DNA of 64,000 nucleotides. Source: Nageia nagi (Eukaryota > Plantae > Pinophyta). Every line of letters starts with the position of its first letter. The first letter of the stretch is position 1. The position numbers were made by a program, and so were the translations under genes. The stretch is from positions 15,438,001 to 15,502,000 of the forward strand of contig JBITNC010000001.1 in NCBI GenBank assembly GCA_050084985.1, in the 5' to 3' direction. The notes beneath the pieces were generated by a model. The model saw only the letters and a list, made by a program, of their open reading frames with translations, did no database searches and was not told the origin of the DNA. Shown in pieces: positions 1 through 15,032 of this stretch.

Positions 1-2958
1 ATATAAGCCAATATTAAGAAGTGCAACATCAGGATGTAATTGAATCTCATGTTGTATATCTCTTTTTGGTGGAAGTTCTTTAGGTACTTGAAATAAATCT
101 TCAAATTCAGAAATTAGCTCTTTTACTTCTTCTTTGTATTGTGGTTCACAATCTTCAAGTGCCTTTATGATTTCTACTTCATCTTGATATTTCACCATTG
201 CAAGTACAAACATTTGTCCTGTATTGATTAGTCTCTTTGCTTGTCCTGCAGTAATCAAAGAAATATCCTTTTTCTTATTTTGATGAGCACTAACCATGTA
301 TTCAATTCCATATTTAATGAGTCTATAGTTTTTTTCCTTTCTATAAAATAAAGCATCTCTTTCCCATAGATAAAGCCTACCAATCACAATCCCACAAATA
401 TCCAAAGGAACAACATCAAGTAAAACTTCATCAATGTACTCCCTATTAATCCCAAATTGCAACTTGCATTGTTGTGTTACCTTTAACTTTGAATTTTTAT
501 TAACCCATCCCAATGGATATGGGTTTGGATGATGTTGAGTAGTGAGTGCAAGTTATTTGACATACTTTTCTGCAATTAAGTTAGCTTGAGTTCCAGAATC
601 AAACAATGTATCAATCCTAGTCTTCTTAGCTTGCACCTTGATGTGAAAAAGTTCAATTTTCTTCTTTTCCTCATCTTCACTAGGTGTATTATGCAAAACC
701 ATACATGCCATTTTCTCATCTACATCTGAACCATATTCAATTTCCTTAGTAACAGTATTTATTTGCTTCTTTTGACCTTTAGGTTTAGGGCGTAATTCAG
801 GATGCAATTTTCAACATTTAGCCTCTAAATGACCTTCTTTTTGACAATGTGTACATACATCTTTAGACTTCTCTTTTTGTGTAGTAGATGTAGTTTTCTT
901 TTTCCCCTTCCCTTTGTTCTTTTTATAATCATTATTACTATTGTTATTGGAAGCATTTTTCTTTTTCCCATCCTTAATGAATTTTCCCCTTTCTTCTAAG
1001 TGAGTGGCTTGTACACAAACTTTATCCAAATCATTTGGATCAAACATCAATATTGTATGCCTTAAATAATTATGCAAACCACCAATATACTTAAAAAGAG
1101 TATCTTTGGAATCAAGAGGAATACCTAGCATTGCAGCTCTTCTTTAGAATTCCATAGTGTATCTTGCACACTTTGCCCTTTGCCTTGATGGAAAGTTTGC
1201 CATTCCATGACTGCCTTTTGTCGATAATCCAAAGGATAAAATTGATTGCTAAGCAATTGTACAAAATGGGTCCAAGAAGCAATACAAGCTTGAATTGATT
1301 CATTCTTACTTTGCAAACAACTTTCCCACCAAACAAGTGCATTACCACTCATTTTAAGAGTTGCTAATTGGATTTTATCCTCATCTCTTACAATTCTTTG
1401 AATTCTACAATATATTTCAATTTGTTTAATCCAATGGTCTAACTTCTCAGCATTCACTTCTCCAATAAAAGTAGGTAAATCAAATTTAACTTCCAATTTC
1501 AAAGAACTTTGAAAAACACTATGTGTAACATCATTGTCAATTTTATTACATTCACTAGTTTCACCTTCATTTTTCTTGTATTGTTGTTCTTGAAAATGTT
1601 GGAATTGTAGAGACATTTTCTAGAACATTGTGGAGAGATCAACAATTTGCTTTTCCACATTAGACCCTCCTTAATTAGCCATGGCTCCAAGCTCTCTTTG
1701 CTTCTTTAGCCAAACTCTAGAACCAATTTCTGGATCCTCCTCCACAAATTCTCCTTCTCCTTTCTTGCTTTGTGACCTGGTATACATGCAAGAACACTTT
1801 CCAAACACCAACAACAATCTCAAAAATATAGGTTATCCCAATGATTTCAACTTCTCTGATACCAAACTTGATCCATAAACTATAAGATTAAAATTTAACT
1901 TTAACCTTTACTTAGAATCAATTCAAACTCAAAACAATTAAGTGCTTGTAAAGGAAAATTAGGAAAATAATTGTAAACATAGAGAAGAGAAAAGCATTCA
2001 CCATAGAAAGAGAAAAGCAAAATTTATCTTGGTTCACCTAGTGTGGGCTACATCCAGCTCAAAAGCTCTCTACTATCAATGGGTGGAATCACTTTACAAG
2101 GCCTCCATGGTCCTTAAAAACCTCCTCTCACATTCACAACACACTCATAGCTCTAAAAATCACAACAAGAACTAAAAACAACCTTCCTGAAATCCTCCTT
2201 TTTTTTCACGTCCAATTTGCTCCCCTTTTATACAATTTTTGGAGCTAAAATTAGAGAGTATTACAACTAGGAAATTCAATTAAAAAACCTATTTTTAGAT
2301 ACCCATTAACCTCCTTGATCTTCTTGTCAAATTTGGGCTCAAATGGTTGTAAAAATCTCCCAAAAATGAGCTCTAAATTAAAATAATACGCTCTCTAGAC
2401 TATCTCAAGCTGATAGAATTACTCAGCCTAATAATAGGACCTTAGGTGAATCAAAAATCACCAAAAAACCTTTGAAACACCAAAATACGTTAAAAAAAAC
2501 TTAACATTGGGCAGGTGCACTATGGTGATGACACATGGCAATCTTGGCTGGTGGTCAGGAGGTGGTCTAGTTGGCAGCTTGCATGGGTAATCTCCATTTA
2601 GTCAAAATCCCTACCTTGTCACCTCCATGTGGTGCTCTGCAGGCCCTATCACACCTTCTCCTCCTACATGGTCTCCACAGTGGCGGTCAAACTTCCCCGC
2701 ATGCCTCATCACCTCCAACATGGTACGATGGGTCCCTATCATGCCTACATGGTCTGTATGGTGGCAGGCGAGTCCTGCCAAAATGTTATATATATATATA
2801 TATTCAAAATACACAAATGGTATTAATACCATATCTTCCACATACGAACTTAGATTCATGATCTGAAAGAAGCATCAAAAAGCTGAAGACAAGATGATCA
2901 CAATGAACACACTGAAATGGAGATTACTAAATGTTGAAGGGATCCAAATTTTGGATCA
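1..2958 (-). mobile_element. Ty3/gypsy (chromovirus-like) LTR retrotransposon, 5' part: LTR, PBS, gag, protease; continues off the left edge
   Basis: LTR 1869-2958 with terminal inverted repeat tgatcca...tggatca; PBS TGGTATCAGAG (tRNA-iMet) at 1864-1854; Gag (FDLPTFIGEVNAEKLDHWIKQIE; knuckle CTHCQKEGHLEAKC), protease LFDSGTQAN, pre-RT LPPKRDIQHEI; frameshifts and stops. Confidence 0.9.
1869..2958 (-). repeat. 5' LTR (about 1090 bp) of the left gypsy element
   Basis: TG...CA ends, 7-bp TIR, adjacent PBS, host RT sequence resumes at 2959. Confidence 0.8.
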
Positions 2959-5900
2959 ATTATGGGGAATATTTTTTTATAAAGTGATGCCATTTGGGAT
3001 TAAAAATATTGGTACCACATATCAACAAGCTATGACATATATTTTCCATGATATGATGCATGACACTGTTGAGGAATATGTAGATGACCTCTTGGCAAAA
3101 TCTAGAACAAGGAACCAACATTGGGATGTCTTAGAAAGACTTATCAAACACAATGTTAGATTGAACCTAAGGAAGTGTGTCTTTGGTGTCACTTCAGGCA
3201 AGTTGTTAGGGTTCATTATTTCTAAAATAGGCATTAAGGTCAATCCTAAGAGGGTCAATTCCATTACAAATATACCTTCTCCTCATGATGTAAAGTCTTT
3301 AAGAAGTCTTCAAGATAAAATTTAGACCATTAGATGATTTATAGCTCAACTATCTGATAAGTATCAACCTTTTAATGAACTCGTTAAGAAAGGTGTAAAA
3401 TTTAAATGGAATGAGGCATGCTAGCATGCATTTGATGATGTCAAGAGATATCTTACCAGTCCTCTAGTTTAGATTCTTCCTAAGGATAATATCCCCTTTC
3501 ATCTCTATCTTTCAGCTACTAACTGTGCTCTAGGGGTCATGTTAGCTCAAAAGAATGAGTAAGACGAGCAGAAGGATATTTACTATCTTAGTTGCACACT
3601 TGTAGATTATGATATTAGGTATGTTTATATTGAGAAATTTTGCCTTATTTTTATTTTTGTGGCTAAGAAACTAAAACATTACAAGGTAAATCACACTACC
3701 TATTTGATATCTAAATTCAATTCGTTGAAGTATATGATGACTAAGGCCTACCATAACATAAGGAAAAACAAATGGATCATTTTTCTATCCGAGTTTGACC
3801 TAGTCTTAATCAATCAAATGTTAGGTTTATACAGATTTGTTAGTTGAGGCATCGATACAAGATACTTACCCTTTAGAGATCACCCTCCATAATGAGGATG
3901 TTTTCAAAGCTAACGAGGAGGAATAGTTTGTGGATACTTAGGATGAGTATGATATTACAATGTACTTTTATGTATCAAGATGCGAATAAGGGAGAGGTGC
4001 AATAGTTATCTTCTTAACCCCTTAGGGAGTCCCTATTCCCTATTATTCCAAACTTGACTTCCCATGCACTAATAATGCAAAATATGAGGCTTTGATCTTG
4101 GGACTCAATGCATACATAGAGTTGAAATTTGAGAGGATCTTAATCTATATATATTTTCAATTGGTTCTTAATCAAATCATGGGCATCTATTAGTGTCATG
4201 ATGAGCTATTATAGGTCTATAGGTACATGGCATTGCACCTACTTCAATGTTTCAATACATACAAGATTAAGGCATCATTTTAATCATCCAATAGGTTTGA
4301 CGATATAATGGATTCACTATGATCACTTAGTCCACCCAGTCCTCATCGACACATTCAACATGTGGAAGTAGTGACTTTGAAAGAGTTTACACTTAAGGCA
4401 TCTTTACCTTCTGGTATTCTAGCTATTTTAGTCCATGAGATCATAGTTAAGCCATGAGATCTATAGTATAAATATATGCATGAGTGTCTTAAGTGAAATG
4501 CTTTACCTCCTAACATGTATTTTTGTGAAAAATAAATATTTAAGCAAAAGGCTTCCCCTTATGCTATTTTAGGATATTTCATCTACAAATAGTCTTACAA
4601 TGGAATCCTATTGATACACTTAGATATCTATGATCAATTTATCACTCTTCATACATGTCATGATGATATATATGGTGGATATTTTGAATAATGGAATTGT
4701 TATTGCTAAATGGATCTTGAGAATGGGGTACTATTGGCCCACCATCGAACAAGATTATATTGAGGATGTTAAGAAATGTATCAAGTACCAACAACATGGT
4801 CATTTACAACACCTACCATCTCAGATGCTTCAATCTATTTAGGCTATGTGTTCATTCATACAATGGGAATTTGATCTTGTAAGAAAATTTACACCATTCT
4901 CTTCAAGCAACCATAAATTCATTATCACCACTACATAGTACTTTACCAAGTGGGTCAATGCTGAGCCACTTGTTTCCACCATTGGTGCAAATATTGCCAA
5001 CTTTATTGAGATAGACATCATATGTAGGTTTGACATTCTTCTTAAGATCATATTAGATAATGGTCCCAATTTTAAGAATCAAAATGTAAGGATATTATGT
5101 AATGGATAAAATATCAAGCACTCTTTCTCCACACCATATTACTCCCAAGGTAATGGGCAGGTCGAGGTCACAAATAAAACCATATTCATAATTCTCAAAA
5201 ATATGGTAAATAATAATCATGAAAATTGGCATGAGTATATTCCCTATGCCTTATGGGCCTACTTCACCAATATCAGGATACCTACGAGGGCCACCTCCTT
5301 CACATTAGTCTACGATGCCAAAGTAGTTATGCCACTTGAGTTAAAAATCCCATCTTTAAGGGTACAACTTTAGGGCCTTATTCCAGATGAGGAATTCAGG
5401 TAAGCTAGATTAGCTCAACTTATCCTTCTTGATGAAAGGTGATTTAATACCATTAAACATCATAAGGTCTAAAAAGAATGGTTAAAAATAGTCTATAATA
5501 ATAAGGTTAGATAAAGAATTCAAGATTGTTAACTTGGTTCATGAAGAGAATCAACAATAATCACATATTAAGTGTCCTATTTAAGATAAATTTGCACCAA
5601 ATTAGTTAGGTTCGTACATTATCAAGCAAATTTAGAAGGATGGAAGGAGCTTGAGCCTAATAACATCATCCAACTTCCTCCATTCTATGCTTGAATATTT
5701 TTCTTTGATCATTTGTGTTTGTTCATACTTGATAGTCATGTTTGTTGCCTTTGTTTGATCTTGCATATCATTTTATCATCCTTGCTTTATTTGTGTGAGC
5801 ATGTCAATTCAATCTAGTTTCTCGTCTACTCTATGGTATGTTATGAGGGGTGTTTTATGTGTAGGCATTTCCTTGGGCTTATACATTGTACCATTTCCTT

Positions 5901-8900
5901 TTCTCACCACTTCATTTATTTTTAATCATGACATTAGGAGTCGATACTCATATGGTTCTCTACTTTTAGTGTCATCCTACCTTTTTTGGATGCATGGAGG
6001 CTACAAGCCACTCATCTCAATAATATCATGTGTCAATATTCTATCATTTCTTCTTATCACTTATCATTACATTACATTTGTCATTTCATTTGTCACCACT
6101 CTTGATCCTCATTTGGGTTGAGATTGTTGGACACTATCTTTATATCTGTGATGAAGCTAGAATAATCTTGAACATGAATGGAAGTCAATCTCAAAATTAA
6201 CCTAGATGTACCATTTTATCTATTTTCCTTTACATTTTAATTACTTTCATTTGCATTTGTATCTTCTTGATTTGCTTTTTATGTTGGGCCCATTGCATCT
6301 TAATCATGCAAGCCCCTATCAATGATGTCTTAGCATGTCCATCTATGTTGCATATCACCATACATAATCCATGGTTTCCCAATGTTGATAGAACCAGTCG
6401 GGTCTCATTCAATATATTAGGTTGCCTTAAAATAATTTCATTAGTATTGATAATATATTGATGACTATCATGGTTTCTGAGGGAAAAACCATATGAGATT
6501 GTTGTGACTTATGATATTAATGAACATGCATAGATGCCACATACCTTAATCCTCATCATTTGTTGATGCTTTGGTGTTTTGAGCTTTATGATATTTTTTT
6601 ATCTTGCACTGTGTTATTTGATGTTACTTGGTTAGTTATTTTGTACCTTTATGGTATTCTTTCCACCTTTGTCATGTTTTTGCTTGTCATTTTGTTGAAG
6701 TTTGTTTTGTTCTGCTTTGCAAAATGTGTATAACCATTTCAACTTTGTGAATTATCTATTTAATTAGCTTCAAGTTCATACATGTCATCATAGTGCCTCA
6801 TTTTCATATGTTGTATGTCTCCCATCAGTCACTTGTTTTGTATCCAAAGTAGGTCATTATCGCCCTGCATCAAATTATGTTCCAGTCAAGTAAGCTAATT
6901 ATATTTTATCTTATTAGATCTTATCAAATCATGCCATATCCTTTCAAGTCATTTTGTAACCATTTTCGAGTGCATATTATTTAAATTTTGCAATTTTAAA
7001 CATAGAAAAATATTTTCAATTTTCTATCTATCATTTTCTAGCATGTATCCCATCTAAATTCAATCATTATATCAAATTTTGCATCTTGATCAAGTCATTT
7101 AATCAAGTTTTGTAAGCCAAACATCGAGCCAGTCAGAATGATGCACTTTTAGTGAGCACTGAAGGTTCATCACCCTGGGCCAAGTAGCCTCCAATTTTAG
7201 TATCAAAAATAGGTCAAATGAGCTCTATTTTTCAAACCATTTGTTCCTATTTTTACATCGAGTTACTTTCCACTAGGGTGTCAAAGTAGTTCACCGAGTC
7301 AACATGGTGGTTGCTTATCTTGTCTATCAAAGTTCAACATTTTAAATTTTTTTAAAGGTATCAAATTTGTAAACATTTTGTTTTGGTGCATTCCGATTGC
7401 ACCTGTGCAACATGTTTACTTTGTTATTTCATGTTCTTAGGATTTTCAACATAAATCAAGTATTAGGGCATACCATTATGGCTCATGATCCTACCTCATT
7501 TTGTGTTCCTATTTTGTGTGCTCTTGGCTAAGGTGTTGATCTTCTTAATATTTGTATTTAGTTTCATATTTTATTATCATTTCTTGTTGTCATTTATTCT
7601 AATTATGTATTCTTTATTAGCGTTGTTTGGTTTGTCATTTATCGTCCATTTTATTTGATTATCTTTGTGTCTTTCATTCATCCATTTTAGTTTTTATTAT
7701 GTTGGGTTATTCTATCCTTTTATTTGTCCATTTTTCTTTTGTAAGGCTATCATTGTGTCCAATATTGTTGTTAAGTTTATCTCTTTATGATTGTCTATTT
7801 TTACCTTATCATTGTTTATTATTATTTATTATTGTTATCTTTTTATCATCATTTGTTATTTGTTTTTATCATTTTATTATGGCCAATTCATTAGTGTGGT
7901 TTCATCATTATTTGTTGTCATCATTTTGTAAGTTTTATTATCTATCATTATCTTGTTATATGTTCATTTCATATTGTTTTTCCATACAAGGCTCATTTTA
8001 TTAATTCATTAACCATCCATGTGAGTGTACATATGTGTGTATCATAGTTAAATACCATATATTGATTGTTCATTTTACCCATGCATAAGGCATATATACA
8101 TGTTTGTGTGCATAGGTGTCATCATCATAAGTCATCCATACATGAACATATAGGTCACAAATCATGCATCTAACTAGTCATCCATTGCAACATAAGCATA
8201 TAAATGTCATTTAATTCAATAGCATACATCCATAAGTCCATCAAAGTAAGTCATGTATCATATCATATCTATGTAAAACCATACATACATCTCCATGTAA
8301 GTATCAAAATACATGCATGAGTACATCCATCAGTTTATCCCATCCATACATCCATATCCATAAATCAAAATATACATATAAGTATCCACACTCCATAAAT
8401 AAATATATGAGTGCATATACATAGTGACCATCATGTACAAAGAGAGTCTCAATAAGTACATCTCATGTGCACTATGGTACCAAAAATACATATACATACA
8501 TGTCTACATATAAGTTAAATAGAATTAGGTCTATCTATATGTCTCATCCTCTAGGGAGTAAGGTCCTTCCAAAAGCATGTCCTTCCTTGACTAGGAGGGG
8601 TACTAGTATTTCCCTTGCCCTCTTCCTATGCCCCTAATGGGCTAGCCCTTGTCCCTATGTGCCCCACTCACTAGGGAAAGCCAAATAACCATCCAACCAA
8701 CTTTGTGACTTGAGATAATATCCTCTGCACTAGTCATGTCCCAGTATTTGGTTGTCATACCAAGTGCCCCTTTCTCCTCTACAAGAATGCCATTGTTTGA
8801 GATTTGTTTCGCACTATGGAATGGGTCCTAAATGCCTCAAGATTTATCAATACCATTTTTGCCTCCAATAGTTGGTGAATTTATGAATACACCCAAATAG

Positions 8901-11900
8901 CCTCTTTATCTAAGCTATCTAGAGCCCTATGTATCCTCCACTGGTGCTTGACCTATGTGATCATCAACTCAACCATTGGTCTTGCTCTTTGGCATGCTAC
9001 CCCCTTATGGTTGTCTCGCCCTTTGTACTACCTATTATGGGCTTCTCTCCAATACCCACTCTTCCCTCGACCTACACTCTAAACATGTCCCTCTCCTTTT
9101 CCATTGCTATAAATTCCACCATGAGTATCCTCATATACATTATCAAGGCCTCGTGTCATTCATGCTATCTTTCATGCTAGGCCTACTAATCCACATGCTC
9201 TTCCTACTCTACCACAAGTTGCACCTGCACCACCTCTAGTTGTTGATGGAGGTCATCCCTCTCCCCCTAATATTTTGTAACCTTGAATTCCACCTTGACC
9301 ATTTATCCAAGTACCATTAGGTCTATATGCTCCCATTAGGGGGTTTTGAATCCTATGGGGATCTCTTACCTTATCTCCTCTACCAATGATCCATGTACCT
9401 CTTATTGCACCAACTCCTCTAGCTGATCTTGCTAGTCGAGGATGTAAACATTAGGCACCTCCTAATCACCACCTCCATCATCTCCATCTCCATCATACCC
9501 ATCCTTGTTGTCCTCCTTGTCCCTATCATCGTCACGTCTACGCTCAATGACACCCTTGCCCCATGTCTTGCTTACCTCAAGTTGTCTACCCTTCAAAACC
9601 CATAAATCCACTTGTGTTGGTGGTCCTTGCCTTTGTTCCATTATCTAAGCTCGCAATCTCTCCCTTTGTGGGGTCCACCAAGAATCGTATGCTAGTGTGG
9701 TCCCTATATCATGTCTAGTGAACAATAGGGTGTTTGGAGCTATGTCTATTTCTACATATGTTAACCTTGACCTTATTAAGGCTTCTCTATTTATATGTTC
9801 ATATGTTGTAGGATTAAGTGGCAAGTTCTATTGCAATCCAAACTATCTATGCACCCACTTGAAGTGAAATATCTCCACATCCCTCACATGACACCCACTA
9901 AAGTGGTACACCCTTCGGATACGTGCCAGCTACACATCATCCTTAATCCAGTATAGCACAACCCTCCATGGATACCACATGATATCTTGGGATTGCATCC
10001 CTATCAGCATAGCTTGATACCAATCATTCCTACCCTTGTAGGGCCATCTCTTGGGATGCTCTAACTCATGTGCCCATAATCATACAAATGATAGCTCTTG
10101 CCCTACCATTAGTGGCACATCGAATATCAGCTCATCTATATGAACTATCACTAGGAGAGAGTTCAATTGTGTTGGATGAATGTGCTCCTAGGCCCACACC
10201 TAAAGTAGTAGTGATATACTGACACCTCATCTCTCTCTGGTAGCCTCTACTAACTCACCATAAGTTTGTGTCAACAATGCTAGCTCCTAAGCAAACACAA
10301 TCCTCTCTTGTATCATCTACATGATGATCTCAACATGTTCCAAGGGAACCTAGATCCCAAAGAATATAGTAATATGAAGGAGGAGATTAGGATCATAGCT
10401 AGGGTCTCCCTCTTGCCTAATATGTCATCATCATAGAGAGGCTCTATGAGGATCCCTCCAACCTGGATTTCCCACATCCTGTAGCCCTCACTTACATAGG
10501 GCCATATGATGACCTTGTTAGTCACCATTGTAATCAACTCGCCCTTAACTAGCAATCGAAATATCCTATACATGTCCTCCAAGGTGATTATCATCTCCCC
10601 CATGGGGAGGAGGAATGTACATTTGTTATGATCAAAATGCTCCTATAGGACTATCATATATGATATATCACCATCAATTTGGTGTACCCATGCAGCTCCT
10701 GTTAGCCCCACTACATCCAATCAGCCCTAATCTTTCTTATCAAGCATGTCTCATATTTATGTCAATAGAGGATGAAACTTGTGTCGAAGTTTCATTTTAC
10801 ATAAATTTTGATTCATAGTCAATGTATATGATCAATTTCCATTGTCTCTATTTCTATGTTAGAGGTTTCATGTGTCTCAATCATGTGGTTTCATTATCAT
10901 TATCACTTATAAGTTTATCATATCATTTATTTTTGTTCTAAACTTCTCGCATGTCTCGAAGCTTAGTACAAAAAGGGGCAACTATAAACATCATAAAATC
11001 ATATTTTTACCTTATGATGGTGTTTCACAAATATTTATGATACTTGTACTATTATATCATATCATATCGAACTAATATGTGATGTAGTGTTCATTGTAGG
11101 TTAAATCGATGATATTCCAACACTTAAGTAATTTTTGACACTGTTTTCCAATTATCTAAACAATTTTCTAATCGCATAAGGTACATCATTATGCTTCATC
11201 AAACATCATTCACACCTCAAGAGTTCTGCCTTCATGATGGATTGAGGTACTATTTATCCATTAAAGCTTTATTTTTAGCTAATTATGGATTTCTTGGGGT
11301 TTTGACAGATCTAAGCTATCATTTGGATCTTCATCAACCATTGTATCCACCTTTACATTTGTATATTTGCTTAATTGTGTGGCATATAGCCATTTAGGCT
11401 AATACATTTAGCTAAGGTTTCAACCTAGGGTTTTGACCTTTAAGGTATAGCCTTAGGTTTTGAATGTTATTTGTCATTCTTTAACTTGAATTGTGTTAGA
11501 TCCACTCTTGTTTAGGCTAAATTATCCATAGATTTATTGCATACTTTGTCAATATAAACACTTAATCATAATTGTCACATATCTTGAATCTTTATTATAG
11601 ATCTTGTCAATACTTGTTCACATTTTATCATAGCCAATAGATCTTGTCATTGTCTCATGATTTATCATATCATTTGCATCATAGGCATATCATTTATTTC
11701 TATTATCTTTTTTATTGAAGATTAGGGAGCCTACTCTCTTGTTTAGTTGGGATTTCACCTTTCTTGATTGATCACAAGGCATTAAGGGCTTATAATTTGA
11801 GGTTCCCCGTAACATTTGTCTTCATTTCATGTCTCTAGACATCTTCTTAGCATCTCAAGTGCAAAGGACATATTCTTACCCCATTCTTTATCATTTGTCA

Positions 11901-11991
11901 TATCACAACATAGGATATTTAGTATACATTTATCTTGGAATCATTCACAAGGTGTGTTGAGTGCTTTGAGTGTAGGAAAATAGGCATTACA
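2959..11991 (+). mobile_element. Degenerate Ty3/gypsy Tat (Ogre/Retand-type) element: RT-RH-aRH-INT, long 3' region with antisense ORF, PPT, 3' LTR
   Basis: RT WGIFFYKVMPFGIKNIG...EYVDDLL; extra RNase H about 3960-4330 (FPCTNNAKYEALILGL); integrase GYYWPT, DNGPNFK, PYYSQGNGQVE; PPT aaaaggggca 10971-10980; LTR about 10983-11991 ending aaaataggcattaca. Confidence 0.85.
9800..10760 (-). pseudogene. Antisense plant mobile domain (PMD, MAIN-like) ORF remnant inside the Tat element
   Basis: Translates EHFDHNKCTFLLPMGEMIITLEDMYRIFRL, FA*ELALLTQTYGEL...LLL*VWA*EHI, VEIFHFKWVHR*FGLQ, matching PMD motifs TFHLPWGEMTITLEDV, AWG..LA.LY, LLQVWAWE, RV.RQFG. Confidence 0.8.
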
Positions 11992-12899
11992 CATTGCTAT
12001 CAAGGTAGTTTAATGATAAAGAAATAAAATTGGAAAGGTGTGATCAATAGAAATTCTTAAAATTAAAATGCTTTGGAAAATATTTGTTAATTTGTAATGA
12101 GAAGTTTTTTTAAAGTTCATTTATAAGTTATACTTCGATTTTGTTTAGTTTGTCTTCTTAGTTTCATAATATAATATAACTAATTTAAATTATTAATTTG
12201 CAAATAAATTTTGAATGGAAAATTAAAATGGTTAACTTGTAAGCAATTTTTTTGGAATGAAAATGTTAATTATATTAAAATAGAATATAATTTTTTATCA
12301 TACAAAAGTTGATGTATTAAGCATACCTCTATAGGTAGTTAAACGAACCCTAGGTGGGTTAGGAGCTAGAACTAAAAAAGAAACCTAATAATTCAAACTT
12401 GATTAAAAAAAAAAAACCTTAATAATAGAGGTAAACGACACAACAATCATTTAGGGATTAGAGTTGGTAAAGCTGTGGGGAGGGTCCTCATTCTCGTTGA
12501 GATGCTACTGACCATAATTATATGGGATAGGAATGTACAACCCATCCTTTGCATTGGTACCCAGGTCATTACCATCAATAGTGTTGTTAGTTCAAGAGGA
12601 ATGGATATTTTTAATAGAAAAAATGATATATTTAAATTTTGTTTTTTTTATAAGATTTCTATATAAAATATTTTGTTTTGCAAAGATAGATGTAAACATA
12701 ATTGTAATTTTAAGATAATGATAACAGTGTCATTTTTTCTTAAATTAATTATTATTTTTATATTTTTAAATATAATTAATAGGATTTTAAACAAGGATCA
12801 ATAGATCAAGAACCTGATGAATATAACACAAAAATGCATAATTTTACTTTCAATAAAAAAAATGATGAAAATCAAAAAAATGTTTTATACCGGGAAAAT

Positions 12900-14650
12900 G
12901 TTTTAACATAGTCGATGCTGGTGGTACAACATCAATCATTCTACAATTGATGGATTTTAATGGGATCTCCAAAACATGAAAAAATGTACCATTATATATC
13001 AAGTTGTTCATATTCTACCACCATATAGCTACAAGATAGTTGGGTTCCTCTAATATATTACATACTACAATGGGCTTCAAAAGGTCCCAAAACATGTTAC
13101 AAATATTCTAAGTAATATTTGTCCCTTCAATTTGTAATTTGCTTTTACAACTTTGTTACAACACTCTTGCATCTATGTTGCAGCTCTATTGCATCTTTGA
13201 TTTTTGAATTTCTTTAAGTCAAAAAGCCCTTACTTGGTCCAAAGGTAGACTAAGTACCATTTGTTATATCTTCCATTGCATTTTCCTCCCTTATATCCTA
13301 TTGAGAAGGTCTTCCTCTATGTGAATTTCTCACATTTGGAGTCTTTCTCATGTTTGATATTGTTTTGATTAGAACTATCATTGCATTCTACAATATTGCA
13401 CCTCTATTTTCCTTTATATCTTACTAGTTTTTTTTCTACCATCTCCATTTGATCCTCCATTTCAATTTCTTTTATTCTTGCTTTGTTTGTTGGAGCTTGA
13501 CTAGACGACCCCTCCTCAATTGCAATCAATGCTTGGAAATGATTTGAATATTCTATGTTAGCTTGTACTGGAGGATTGGTTATTTTTTTCTTTTATTATT
13601 GGTTGTGATTCTAAGGAATGTTCAGTTACGATTAAGCTTCTTGTGGTCAATTTCAGACAAGTCTCAAATCTTTCTTTATTTATGTCTTTCTTAGCTAGCA
13701 TTCAAATTCACCTTCATAGACTACCGCTTTTCTGTATGGGAGCCCTTTCCTATCACCAACTCTAATTTAAGAAAAGTAAAATAATCAACGAGATTTGAAA
13801 GGACATCGATCTCCAATACACCAGTTGTACATGGATCTCTCCTACCATCCCCTCTTCCCCAAGTTATCTTTCAACCATTATCACTTTATGGAGATTTGAG
13901 ATGGATGTATAGTCCCCCCACACTACCTTCAAGCATTTATGATGCATGGTCTACAAATTTCAATTAGATATAGATCAAGGTATGTTCCTACTAGCTTCAT
14001 GTTAAATCAGATCATCAATTACCATGAAAAGAGTAGATTCGCCTATTATGTTCCTTGGGAGAAATGGAAACTTGTCACCACTTTATATATTAATCTCCCA
14101 TCTATTATGAGATCTAAGGTAGATTTCACTACTTTTTCAAGAACAACTTATAATCTCTAGCCTCCTTCAAATATCCAAGTCAACAATTTCTTGCACCTTA
14201 AGGAGGCAACCCAACTTCAATGGCAAAGGACCCCTTCTACTAGCAACTTTCAACTATAGACTCTCATCCATCATGGATTAATTCAACCATATAGATTGTC
14301 TAAGAGTGGACATCAAACAAAAATGATATATGCCAAACCGGATTTCGAATTGTGATGTGTAACCTCAAGACTGCCCATCCCTCTTGTTCTCTAAACATAA
14401 GATTACAACCTCTCCCTCATATTTTCTTCTTTCTCATTTTGGCCTACTCCATAAGAGCAACATTGTGTTTACTTTTATTAATTTCATTTTGTTGAGCACT
14501 CTAACCTCTCACATACCTACTTGTCTTTTTCATAATCCCTTCATTTCTAACCCACCCTAGACATTAATAATATTTCTATTACCCAACCATCCTACAAACA
14601 TTCCTTCTTAAATTTCAACTTAAACTCTCCCACCACTTGGGCTTCTTAAA
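12900..14650 (-). mobile_element. Possible very degenerate L1-type LINE ORF1 remnant
   Basis: Weak motifs GVLEIDVLSNL and VVYEGE on the minus strand around 13700-13830; boundaries approximate. Confidence 0.3.
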
Positions 14651-14890
14651 CATTTCCTGTCCAAAGCTTATGTTAGAAAAAATAGTAAACATTTTCTAAT
14701 ATCCTATTTGACTTTACATAAGTGTTTAATAATTAATATTTTATATTATTTATTACTCTAATAAAAAGACAAATATTACATTTATTATTAATCTTTAATT
14801 TTTTATTTCAATCCTTTTTGGATTTATTCACTCAACTCTTTTAATTTTGGAAAACATTATTCCTATTTGATTGTCAACAATATCTTAAAA

Positions 14891-15032
14891 TTGTTCAAGG
14901 CTATTTAATGGCCTTGGTGTTTAATGAAAGATAATTATTTTTTCCACATAATCATTTTTTTATCTTTGTATTGTTCAATACTATTTAATGGTCTTAGGTG
15001 TTTAATAAAAGCAATTAGATTTTTCTCACATC
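14891..15032. repeat. Degenerate tandem duplication, about 80-bp unit
   Basis: ttgttcaaggctatttaatggccttggtgtttaatgaaag versus ttgttcaatactatttaatggtcttaggtgtttaataaaag. Confidence 0.7.

Noticed and set aside
7627-8004. 125-aa hydrophobic ORF (env or membrane protein)
   Set aside because: Product of T-rich low-complexity sequence in the Tat 3' region; no family motif.
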